Notes under the pieces: model-generated
Database searches by the model: none
The model's input: the letters and a program-made list of their open reading frames with translations, nothing else
Told to the model about the DNA's origin: nothing
Shown here: in pieces, positions 11,048-21,956 of the stretch
Position numbering within the stretch: position 1 is the first letter of the stretch
How the letters are laid out: the number at the start of each line of letters is the position of its first letter
Position numbers and translations under genes: made by a program
Source: Trypethelium eluteriae
Lineage: Eukaryota
NCBI GenBank assembly: GCA_051942245.1
Contig: JAVECL010000138.1
Coordinates: 1 to 45,031 of the forward strand
Direction: 5' to 3'
Length of the DNA stretch: 45,031 bases

Positions 11048-11494
11048 ATGCCAACCGCGTGGACTTTAATGGAAGATATTGTAATTCTCTATTTTGTATC
11101 ACGAGGGGTTCAACATGAACCCTGTGCCCGCTTGATCTTCATGAAATGCTCTACCAATCGCACGGTGCACGCGCTTCGCTACCGAGTTCAGAAGCTTCGA
11201 AACGAATTCCCAGATCTTCATAGTGATGGTGTCTTCAGCTGTGAGCAAGTTAACACCTGGATCAACGAACGGGCGGATGTATTAAGCGACGTATATGCTT
11301 TAATTGACCTAAGCGCGGAGGAAGAAGCGGTGATTGAAGAAGTGAGCTCCACAGTTACACAGCTGGATATACTAACATGCCGTCAGCACCAACGTTTCGA
11401 GGACGTGCGGGACCGTTTACTCAGCGGAGTACTCCTCGGAAGACAGATGCGGGAACGCCTACAGGCCGAGTCGGCTACCGAGATTCCATATTGA
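11048..11494 (+). CDS. Myb-like / helix-turn-helix hypothetical protein
   Basis: WTLMEDIVILYFVSRG...CARLI...NRTVHALRYRVQKL resembles a degenerate Myb repeat (WT..ED...RT..A.R.R...L). Probable 45-nt in-frame intron at 11342..11386. Confidence 0.6.
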   Translation: MPTAWTLMEDIVILYFVSRGVQHEPCARLIFMKCSTNRTVHALRYRVQKLRNEFPDLHSDGVFSCEQVNTWINERADVLSDVYALIDLSAEEEAVIEEVSSTVTQLDILTCRQHQRFEDVRDRLLSGVLLGRQMRERLQAESATEIPY

Positions 11495-14107
11495 ATGGGT
11501 GATGGGATAGGATTTCGTGGATATTGATCCGCCGGCGCTTTGATTGGCGTTCGCTACTGTTCTGTTCATGGTGCGGATAAAAGTGTGACATTAAGCATGT
11601 TATTTCTCGGGCTATTTCATCGGAGATGCTGCCTTGCTCCTGTCTCTCGTGATTTCCGTGTCCTGTCGGCTGGCCTTTCGGTTCCGCAAAGAACAATTTC
11701 GCATCTTCTTCTAACGGATTTTGCACGTATGCGAGATGGGAGGCATCCTCGTTGACAATCGCGAAACTGTACTGTTGATTACGTAGTTGATCCACGATAT
11801 TCCGAAATGCATCCATTGTGTCTGGAGTACAGCAGTAGAACATACGTGTCCTGAACAAGTAGATGACTCTGTCAGGCAATCTCCCAAGTAGCGCCCCACG
11901 AATATCTTCAATATCCGTCTGCTCTGAGTGGACGAAAAATGGCCCAGACGATGAAACATGTGGCAAATCGCCACGGTCAGGAGAGGGCACCATTCGAGCG
12001 TCCATGAGACCCGGAGAAACCATATCCTGTGACTCTCGTCGCCTCTTCGAAGTCTGTGATGGATTTCCTGCTTCAGCAACCCAGGGACCAACCTGTTGAC
12101 CGACTTCGGGCCCAGTTGGGGGACTATCACCTTGTCCATTGGGCTCTGCTTGAGGCTGGCCTCCTTGAGGTCCTCGTGATGCAGTGGTATTCGATCCGAG
12201 CGACACGTTATTTGTGCTAGCTCGTTGTCGTCGACTAAATTGTGCGATGAATTTGAGTACATGCGTGCGGGCAGGCTCTGAAAAACTAAAGAAGCAACGG
12301 AATATGTCTCGTTTGAAAGCAAAACTTGCCGCATATCTCCCTTCAAAGCGGTTGTTGAGATAGACATTGTGAAGAAAGAGCAAAGGTCGATCCTTTGTAT
12401 ATGCTTCCTGGAATGGCCTTCCACATCTTTGCATCAGTGCTATGTCTTTTGACTCTTGCTTGAGCGAGCATAGAGGCACAGTACCTGCGGTTGTTCGGGA
12501 CCATGACTTGACAGACTCCTTTAGCTTGCGAATCTCATCCTTCAGGGACGTTTCGAAGGACCCATCTTGACTCAGTGGACGCAGAGACCTTACAGCATTG
12601 AGAAGGATACTCTCTGTTGGGTCATTGTTCTTTAGCTTCTGTATTTCGGGGGTATCAAAACCGAGGTCAGTCGCGAGCTCTGCGAATATCGGCCAAAAAA
12701 CTTCGCAAATACTACTTTCTGGTGTTTCACCGCCTTTGTCTTTACGAGGATTAACCCGAGTCATTTGAGGGAAATATCGCATAGCAAACAACCATAATTG
12801 ATGATATCCAACCTTGAATGTGTCGTCCATCATTGGAATATCAATTGTATAGTCTTCGCCACATTGTATGGGAACTGTAGAGCGTTCCTTGCCGTCCCAA
12901 TTCTTTCGAAATAGTCGGAAAACCGAGTCATCCCTCTTCAATTTGGGTATAATAGAACGCATTATCTGTGCACAAGGCTCGATGTATTTCGTATCTTCGG
13001 TAAAGGTGTAAAGGGATAGTATTCGCCCGCTAGTATTCCACTGAGCTCGCTCTAGACGACCGAAAAGCTCGACCCGTGTCTCTTCTGAGTCGACTTGATC
13101 GAATATACCGGATGGACCGGCTCGAATAAGCTCACGATCTTTTGTCGAGATGGACGGGACAAGCAGTTGACCAAAAGCCACTGTTTGAGAGTCCAGGAGT
13201 TCGGGCGCGACAGGTCCCATGATGAATTTCCACTGATCGTAGATACGGTCAAGATAATGAATGAGTTCCTCCGAAACGTTAGCCGACAAACTTGAAGTTG
13301 CGGGAGACACAGCATACGTCTTCACACCTCAAGGTAAGTATGCGGTGCAACGTGCCGATGCGGAACGAGGCCCAGAGTCCAGTGAATGGAAGTAATCGAT
13401 CAAATGCCGTACAAAGTGGTTTGTCTTTGTCGATGAGCTGCTTTACATCCCTAGATTTGCTTTTTGACAGTCGTGCCAGCCATCGGCCTGCTCGTGCATT
13501 GTCGCCTATCTGCTGGTAATGTCGCAAATGTCGAAAAATATCTCCATCACAGAATGCCCGAGCATTGGAGTACTCTTCACGCAGGTCAACCAGAACGTGA
13601 GGGTCTGCATCTGCAATCTTTGATGTCAGCGAGGCCATGAACAATTTAGGGGGGCCAATACGTACTCTTGTCGAAAAAGTCAACGGTCCACCATCTGTCA
13701 GATGCATCGAGGTACTCCTTGGCCGCCTCCACTCGATGCTGCCCGTGGAGGCACGTCAACCGAATGTCCGAGCTCAGGCGAAGATTTGGCAGCGGCCTTT
13801 GAATATCGAAGAGCGCACTTTTCTCAACACGGGCTTCGTCTCGGACCAAGTTCAGTAAACCAGGGTCAATGACGACAGGCACGTGATGCTCTGGATCGTC
13901 TCGGTGACAGCCCTCCACGTCAAACACTCTGCGGAGCCGCGCGATATTCTTGCGATCAAGAATCCGTCCTCCACGATACTCGTTATCAAAGCACAGATGT
14001 CGAAGACGAATCCTGGCACTGCCTAAGTAATATTTTCGTCGCGCTATAAAAGGGTCTTCGAAAGGGTCGAGAGCCTCGTCCACGTTCTGGGTACCGTCAT
14101 CAGCCAT
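11475..14107 (-). CDS. DUF3723 family protein (Starship auxiliary), 3 exons
   Basis: Exons 14107-13666, 13610-13318 and 13268-11475. Family motifs LTCLHGQHRVEAA..L...DRWWTV, EEYSN....DGDIFRHLRHY, WLARLSKSK, AFDRLLPFTGLW, YHQLWLFAMRYFP, RCGRP. Confidence 0.9.
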
Positions 14108-14334
14108 GCCTTCCTCCGCTTCGCCAGCGAACTATGGGGCAAGACATGAAATATCACAAGTCCTCCAAACTTATACACAGATCAAACTCGGCCTTTTCTA
14201 TTTTAAAAGTGAGGTGGGTCATGTGTATCTGGCTGAACCTGGTTTGGCCTATTCTTGGAGCAGAGCTTCTCGCGCTTAAATGACCACGGCATTCCTATCG
14301 GAGTCCTTACGAACCCCAATTACCTCGACCCACG

Positions 14335-17300
14335 ATGGCATCTTGTTCTCATGTTGCTTGGCTTCAGCTGGCTGGGGTCAAAGATTTTACCTTTGTCGAC
14401 ACTGGCAGGATGAGTCGGTTAATTCAAGAGCTAACAGCTCCAACTGAGAAGACTCCTATGGCCCTCTTCTTCCTGGGCCGAAAGGCGAAAGACGCGGCTC
14501 TGCGAGAGCTATTCCCTAACAATAACATCAATCGGTGTCGCTCCAACGGGTTGGCCGACATCAGAACTGATACGACAACTATCGATTCAAAGAGACCCAT
14601 CCTATTCGCAGATGGCTATCCTACCGGCCCTATCCTCCCACGTTACATACCTTTTCCCTGTCACGAAAGCAAATCCTTTCCGGTGCAGTGGCCCTTCCAT
14701 GACGTTCAAAACCTCTTCGATGTGGCATTTGCCAAAGTTTTGTTGCCATTCTGCAGCGTTGTCACGATATTCGTTGATGATTTTACCACAATTGATGAGA
14801 TCAAGAAGTTTTTGGTTCGGTGGGCCGCCCTAGGGATTTTCGAGAATCTTCCCATACAAGTTAGACCTCGACTTGTAATCGTTGGATCGTCAACAAAGCA
14901 TGATATCATGGATATGGAGAATTTGTGCGCTACGATTCATGAACAAAATGCAGATATCGGCACTTTGTTCTCAGATGTAGTACTGGTCATCTTGGGCAGT
15001 CCCGATCTATCGCCTCTTGCCCGACACCGGCAACTCAAAGAGACGGTCTTCGCTCAGATGGATGTCATGAAAGAGCTTTATTGGAGGCATCACTGGTTAT
15101 TTTCTGCCCAGCATCTGCGACGATTCTATCTTGAAGCCTTACAGCACACGACTACAGTCGCTGCCGAACCTTTCAGCTTTCTGGCCTCAGCACGAACTTA
15201 TCATGAACCTAGCTACGCTTCTGCAAGGCACGTCGTTAATTTTTTGAGAGCTCCAAAAGATAGCCTTCGGCCGCGTGAAACGGCAGAATACCTGGCATCA
15301 GCTCTATCCGTGGATGCATATCCGCCCAAGGCTCATCGCAAGTCTTCCCATTTCTCAGCAGGTCGGAGCTAACTCATTTCACAGTCTTTGATCCTACCCA
15401 TGTCTTTAGGACCCTTTACAGGGCGACCTGCCTCGCGGCATATGGGCAGGTCCTAGACAAAGAACACTCGGCCCGATATCACTGCCAAATGGTGGCAAAG
15501 TATTTCCGCTCAAGGTTTGAACAGATCCGAAAAGGCTGTGGGACGTCGGCCGAACTCCACGCCATTTATCTCGAGTCCAGCGAGGGCAATTTCATGCATC
15601 TTCGAAGCAATAATACGTGTCTCTACTGCTTGTTCCGCAATCCTCAGTACGTGCTCAGTTGCCACCATGCGATTTGTGATACGTGTGTCAAGATATACGG
15701 CAGAGCTGTGATTGGTACGGAGCACGAATTCACGATCTCGGCTTGTCTACTCTGTCGATCATGGGGTTCTGTTACTGCCCGACTGAAACCACCCACCGCC
15801 GGTGTGCGCATTCTGAGTATTGATGGTGGAGGCACCCGAGGCGTCGTACCACTCGAATATCTCCGCTTGGTTCAGGAAGAGGTCGGTAACACGATCCCAG
15901 TTCCAGATCTCATAGACTTTGCCATTGGTACAAGCTCGGGTATGATGCCACAAGTATCTACCTACCGCACCCACTGACAGTATTTGAAGGTGGGCTTATC
16001 GCTCTTATCCTTTTCCTTTACCGATGGGACGTGGATCGGTGCTGCGAAGAGTTTGACAGGCTGGTGAGAAAATTTTTCACAAAGGTCGGTCGTAAGCGTC
16101 AATCCCTCCTCGTAAAGTTCAGAGATTATCTACGGTGCTGGCTCTCGGACGGTTGCTACGATGCCACGACTCTCGAGACTTGCCTCAAGGAAACATTCGG
16201 TGACTCGCAGCGCATGTTCGACTCTTTCAAGTTCACCAGCTCGGGGGCCAAAGTAGCAGTTACGGCGACTTCAATCTCAGATGCGTCTTCATTTCTCTTC
16301 ACCAACTACAATCCTAGCGGCACTCGAAATAGAGACTGCGGTATTTTCTCCTGTTTCATCATGGTTGTGAGGGCTGTGCTGACTTAGAAAAGGCTACAAG
16401 CATGTTCGGCCCGATAATCTGGAAGATGAGCCGTTCGTATGGGAAGCGTGAGCGCGCGTCCTCTCTCTTACCTCGAGGCATTTTCTCGCTGACTACAAAT
16501 AGGGCGAGAGCGACGTCGGCTGCTCCAATGTAAGTTAAAGTCGTACTCGGAGGATATGTGCTGATCACTGTCAGATTTTTTAGACCGGCTCACATTCCAG
16601 CTCACGGGGCCTTTCAAGATGGCGGCTTGAAGCACAACAATCCCATTAATTTGGCTCTGACAGAGATGCGTGCGATCTGGCCAACGAGTCCATGCCCAGA
16701 TGTGGTGCTTTCACTAGGCACTGGAATGACAGAGACTCAATCTCCCGTTGCTCCGCATTTCCGACATGTCCTCAACGATGGCTTTATTCCCCGGCTCTAT
16801 CGATCCTTTATGTCATCTTTCGATGGTGAAAGCGTATGGAGGGATTTGCAGAATCGCCTCGATGAGCGAGCGAAACGTGATTACTTTCGTTTCAATCTGG
16901 AAATGAAAGATACTCCCCTGATTGATGACACTTCCAGAATGACCGAATTTCGCCAGAGTGTGTCTGCCCAGCCAGCAACACGAGAGCATTGCCATGACGT
17001 TACCATTGCCCTGCTTGTATCGTGCTTTTTCTTCGAGCTCGAGGCGGTGCCCTGCTTCGACAAGGGGGCCTACCGATGCGAAGGTACGGTGCGCTGCCGG
17101 ACCCTAAGTGAAAACGTGCCGCGCGTCTTGAGCGGGCGCTATACACGAATCGAATTCATCACGGACGGAGGAGTTTTAGGAACTTTCGATAGCTATCATG
17201 ATATCTGCTGGGCATGCCATCGCTATTCTAAAAAACTGCTGTTTTACGTTCAACATCCGTCCGATGTCATCTCACTTGAGTTGCGGTTGGGCGATCATCA

Positions 17301-17517
17301 ACGGCGGAGGCTCAGCGGTTTTCCGCAGAGTATGGAATGGTTTGTTAAGCAGCAGGGTTTGGATGCGGACTTTGGTACTCCAGACCACGGTTCCCCCGGC
17401 ACGCTATACTGTCGAGTATGTGAACCAGCAAGGTCACTGCTTCGTAAACGCAAGAATGGGAATCCGAATCTTGCTCAAAACAAAAAGGCGAAGACTGCTG
17501 GCAACAGCGGGCAATGA
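14335..17517 (+). CDS. Patatin-like phospholipase with N-terminal extension and RING-like Cys cluster, about 6 exons
   Basis: ILSIDGGGTRG, GTSSG nucleophile, ARATSAAP (micro-exon about 16503-16528) and FQDGG are all present. Introns: GCAAGT 15338..15384, GTATGA 15940..15989, and three more between 16342 and 16574. Confidence 0.9.
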
Positions 17518-17616
17518 GTTGACGGGTAGCGCATTCTAATTTAAGCTTGCGTTTCTAATTATATCTCACTTGATATACATATATATCGACTTCGTGCTCT
17601 TCATTTCCAAGCCATC

Positions 17617-18754
17617 ATGGAAATGTCTTCATCAGGAAAGTCGGAACGCCCGGTAACCATTTTCCCCAGGTATGCTGCTGTATCTGAAGGCGCCGGACAA
17701 GAAGCAAAAGGAGACGAAGCCTCGCAATTTACGAAAGGGCCAGGCAAAGAAGCTCGTAAACTGACCAAACCGGCTCCGGAGCGAAAAACAATCCCACGGA
17801 TCCCGGTTTTCGTCCGTCCAAGCTCAAACAATTTCCCCTCCAATCCATCGGCCATTCGTCAATCGGGGCATCTAAAAACAACCCAGGGCAGCCCCTGGGA
17901 TGCATACAGGCAGTTGCTTTGTGAAGATCAAGCGGGACCAGCCACATTTGCCTGCCTCAAGAATCCCAGTTTCGCCGTTTCCGTTGTAAAAGAGCATCGC
18001 CATTCATTATCTGGAGCCCTATCACTTCGCTCAGTCTCGCATCCCAATATTGTTGAAATTGTTGAGGCTTTCTTAAAGGAAGATACAATCTACCTAGTTT
18101 ACGGTGTAATGACGGTATCATTACGGGAGATCAAGGCATCACCAATTGGTGACCTTGCAGAATACGAACTGGCCGCAGTGTGTAAAGAGGTTTTTACCCT
18201 CTCACACACTCCAAAGCTCATTCTAATCCTTTATTAGGTTCTCTGCGGTCTTCAATATATCCACAGTACCCTGAAACTCCCGCACGGAAATGTCGACTCG
18301 AGCAACATCTTACTTTCAAAGAAGGGGGAGATTAAATTAGGTACGTAGCTCATTAAGATTAACGGAGGTTGGCCTAACCTCACCAGCAAATATCGGTCTC
18401 AGCATGATCAGAGCAGGGAGTATAGAGGAGACCGCAAAAGATCTCAAGGATGTGGGCGTCATCCTTCTGGAGTTTATGGAGCCAGCTTCCGCCGATTTAC
18501 ATGGACAGAAATTGACTTTAACTAACAAGTCCAAATGGTCGACATTAATCCAGGATTTCTTATTCAAGACCAATGACATTCAATTAAATCAACTTCGCAG
18601 GGTAGGTAAGCCCCATCTTCACTAGTTCGCACACCCCCTCTAATCCAACAAGCATGAATTTCTTCTAAAATCACCGGGATCCTGTTGTCTCATCCCCCAT
18701 GTTTGGATTTCAGAGCGGTCTACTAATAGGAGGTGGACGCTATTTTCGAACTGA
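17617..18754 (+). CDS. Protein-kinase-like (STE20/PAK-like) probable pseudokinase, 4 exons
   Basis: VVKE, HPNIVEIVEAFL, IYLVY, ELAAVCKEVLCGLQYIH, HGNVDSSNILL, GEIKLANIG, DLKDVGVILLEFM, HEFL. Introns at about 18190-18237, 18341-18386 and 18602-18652. Stop at 18752-18754. Confidence 0.82.
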
Positions 18755-19322
18755 AAGGGACGCAATAAAAATAGGTATAAGAACAGGTACAAAGTTGGCC
18801 GAGAGGTTAGAACATGAGCTGGTACTGAGCGCGTCCAGTAAAGTTGAAGCGGCAGCTGGGTTCCGATATAGACCTTAATGTTAGTCTGGTCCGGATGTTT
18901 AATTGGATCGAAATGCATGTGCCACCTCATTGAAGTAATCTAAGTACATAAGCGGGACGCGCAACGGTCCCCGTCCATCTGCTCATAAGCGCCGGCACCA
19001 GCGTTCAATTCATTAATTTTATGTGGACTAGGATTAGATCGTGGGATTGGTTCATACAGGTATGGCTGAGTGTGTGTGCGGCACAGCAGCCATCATGAGT
19101 CAATCGGATTGAACGCCCAAAATCGAAACCGACCACACCATAGATAGGTCATCCCAACTGTCCCACCAGACCGGTTCGGTATCCTCAGCTTTCTCTTAGG
19201 CCGAGAATGGGCTCATATACAGTGCGAGGTTTGGTTTATGCACATAAATACGTAGGCCATGTCGAGTCCTTGTACCTTGTCGTAGCAAACTCATCCTTTT
19301 ACAAGTCTATCACCCGCGAACG

Positions 19323-20045
19323 ATGGCCACCAACGAGTCTCCAAAAGCGACGCAAGCCGCGCCGGTATCATCCGACTGGTTATCAATAAACTCTTCCAAC
19401 ACCGCCTCTCCTTCAGCAGCAAAGATGACCTTCTTCGTGGATGATGCGGGAGCTACAAGTCAAACACCGGCCAGTCACGATCAGCACCCGGAGAAAGGAG
19501 ATGAGAAGGTCTCATCTCTTGCCACTGCCCTTACCCGCATAGCTGCACTCGAGAGTGACGTACGACAGCGCCAGGAAAAGCACGACACTGTCTTCGCCAT
19601 TGTCCACTCCCACACGCAAGCACTTGGGGCGCTCTGCGACAAGTCCAGTCGGCAAGCTGAGGCTCAATTCCAACGATTTGAAGGAATCGTCAGACATATC
19701 AGCGTTAGCCTCCATGCGAAAGAACGAAAATTGGTGGCTTTAGAGCAGACGATTTCGGATTTCACCGATCGAATCTCGGATTTAGGGACGCGTGTGGCTG
19801 AACTGCAGAAGTTCCAAGCTGAGATACAAGCTCTGAATGTCCATGAGCATCTACACCATATCGATACGATGGGGAACAAAATTGATGACATGATCCGTCG
19901 ACACGGGCACATTTTGTTTGACGCTACTCGTCTACACAGCGAAGCGCTTAGTCAATTACGTAGCTCCGTCTCAGCCGGAGCCTTGCCGTGCTGCGATACA
20001 GTGCTGCCGTGCAAGCACAGCGAGGAAAGCTCTCGAAACTATTGA
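19323..20045 (+). CDS. Coiled-coil hypothetical protein
   Basis: 240-aa ATG ORF with heptads (ERKLVALEQTISDFTDRISDLGTRVAELQKFQAEIQAL). Confidence 0.65.
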   Translation: MATNESPKATQAAPVSSDWLSINSSNTASPSAAKMTFFVDDAGATSQTPASHDQHPEKGDEKVSSLATALTRIAALESDVRQRQEKHDTVFAIVHSHTQALGALCDKSSRQAEAQFQRFEGIVRHISVSLHAKERKLVALEQTISDFTDRISDLGTRVAELQKFQAEIQALNVHEHLHHIDTMGNKIDDMIRRHGHILFDATRLHSEALSQLRSSVSAGALPCCDTVLPCKHSEESSRNY

Positions 20046-20456
20046 GGATTTGTGACTATTTTATTAGGGGCGTTTGATGATATTTGTTAATCGTAGCTAC
20101 ATCTAAGAATTAACCAGGTGTTATTTGCCTTCTGATCTTATGCAGATATTAGTTTTGTACCGAATTGGGTGAAGATCTTATTTAAGCTTTGTATCACACA
20201 CAGGGGTATCCTTTCAGAAATCCCTGCGATTCAACTTGACCTATTCCAGGGTATATTACCGTAGGTGGTCAGCAAACTGCTAGCATTGTCTGCCCAGGCT
20301 ACATATATTGCCCCGTCCTTGCTACATTTTTTGAGCCGCCTACGCTACTTTTTTTAAAGCCGTCCATACCACAATTTTCGCCCGTCCCAGCTGCATTATC
20401 CAGACCTCCTGAAGCATATCGACACTGTTTCCGAATTTACACCAAAAAGGTGGAAG

Positions 20457-21548
20457 ATGCCCATCCAGCGAACTGTCCTCAACAAGCGGCACCAGCCATT
20501 GAAGCGCTTACCTTCACAAATTCTTTTACAACGCGGACTAAAAAAGCTGGGAAAAAAACTCGATCGGCTACAAAAGCTTTTATTGGAAGGTAGTCTACCA
20601 CGTCATTCTTGGACTCCCCCACTTTCCACGTTGTGTAATAAGCAACAGCTGCAAAAGCACAGAAAAGAAGCGATCGATATACAACGGCAGAATAATCGAT
20701 TGATGGCAATACCCCTCGAGATCCGTTCCAAAATCTACAGATGTCTTCTCGTCTTTGATGAGCCCTTTGAGCTCGCGCCAATGTCATCCGAATCAAATAA
20801 GAGTGGGATTTTGCGTTCTAGAAGCTACCAAAGATTGCGGACGGTATGGAGAACTTATCTACAGCCATTTCAGCTTAGTAGCATGATTTGGTCTGAAGCA
20901 GTTGGTGTCTTCTTCGGTTGCAATGAATTCCGATTCTCTGGTAGCTGTGGATGGTCAGATGCAGCGAAATTTCTCCACTTCTTTAAAAACCATATCAGTT
21001 CTGTTCGGCATTTGGCATTTCATATCCCTTTCCATGGGATATCTATCCAACGAAACTCGGCACGTGGGTCACGAGAATACTGTCTCAACCAATATTTTCT
21101 GGTACAAGATCAACGGTTCCCACTCCGAGAAGGCGTCTTTAACTGGATCAGACTTCAAGACGCCCCAAAAATGCTTAAGGCGGCTTCGAACCTCAAAAGC
21201 CTAAAACTCATCTTGCCCTCAGATTACAAGATCTACGATGATACACTTTGGTTCAGTGACTTGGACGAGAATTCCCCTGGTCCACAAGTGACTGACACAG
21301 CTTGGGCTATCTTGAAGTCACTCCCAACGGAGATTAAAATCACAATTATCAGATTACAAAAGCAACCAAAGTTGGATGACATTCCCATGCTCATTACACG
21401 TCGTCAAGGTGACGACCCTCTGTATCACAGTCAGTTTCTTGATGCTGCTCGGAGATCTGGATGGCCAGTGGAGACGCAGTTCTATGATGCTGATGGGCGA
21501 TATCCCGTACGTGCTGAGGGCGAAGGGAACGATGATGCTACAGCATAG
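20457..21548 (+). CDS. F-box-like domain protein
   Basis: RLMAIPLEIRSKIYRCLL F-box-like motif followed by EAVGVFFGCNEFRF, typical of fungal F-box-like orphan proteins. Intact 363-aa ORF. Confidence 0.72.
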   Translation: MPIQRTVLNKRHQPLKRLPSQILLQRGLKKLGKKLDRLQKLLLEGSLPRHSWTPPLSTLCNKQQLQKHRKEAIDIQRQNNRLMAIPLEIRSKIYRCLLVFDEPFELAPMSSESNKSGILRSRSYQRLRTVWRTYLQPFQLSSMIWSEAVGVFFGCNEFRFSGSCGWSDAAKFLHFFKNHISSVRHLAFHIPFHGISIQRNSARGSREYCLNQYFLVQDQRFPLREGVFNWIRLQDAPKMLKAASNLKSLKLILPSDYKIYDDTLWFSDLDENSPGPQVTDTAWAILKSLPTEIKITIIRLQKQPKLDDIPMLITRRQGDDPLYHSQFLDAARRSGWPVETQFYDADGRYPVRAEGEGNDDATA

Positions 21549-21637
21549 ATTCTCCTTTAGCTATTCAGGTGCCTTCATTTCTCAAAACAAGTCATTGACA
21601 CCTGGCTCAAAACCGGACGCTCATTGCGACGTTACTG

Positions 21638-21768
21638 CTACCTTGTCCTCATCCTACCTCGCCTTCAACCTATCTCGCCTTCAACCTACCTCGCCCTCAC
21701 GCTACTTCGCCCTGACACTACTTCGCCCTTACACTGCCTCGCCCTCGACCTACATCGCCCCAACCTAC
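21638..21768. repeat. 16-bp minisatellite, about 8 copies (consensus CTACCTCGCCCTCAAC)
   Basis: Consecutive units ctacctcgccttcaac / ctatctcgccttcaac / ctacctcgccctcacg / ctacttcgccctgaca / ctacttcgcccttaca / ctgcctcgccctcgac. Confidence 0.9.
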
Positions 21769-21956
21769 GATTTCTGACTACGTGCGAAATGCATATACTA
21801 TCTCAACCATCAATGAAAAAGTCAAGAACGGAAGAGAACAATTATTGTGATGGAAGTGGATAACAAGCAATATTTTGCAGCAGACAACTATTTCTTTGAG
21901 AAGAGACTCCAGAGCTGTAGAGGAATGGCTTTAGACATCCTTGACTCGCTAGGAGA

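Larger units (their letters stand above)
2587..20045. mobile_element. Interior auxiliary-gene module of a Starship-like giant transposon; boundaries and captain not seen
   Basis: DUF3723, FRE and patatin-like phospholipase genes, all established Starship auxiliary families, co-occur with Myb-like genes in one gene-dense block. No housekeeping gene is recognisable anywhere in the 45 kb. Confidence 0.75.

Noticed and set aside
21376..21863. ORFs 21376..21777 and 21624..21863
   Set aside because: They overlap the F-box-like gene or the stop-free 16-bp minisatellite and are most likely spurious.
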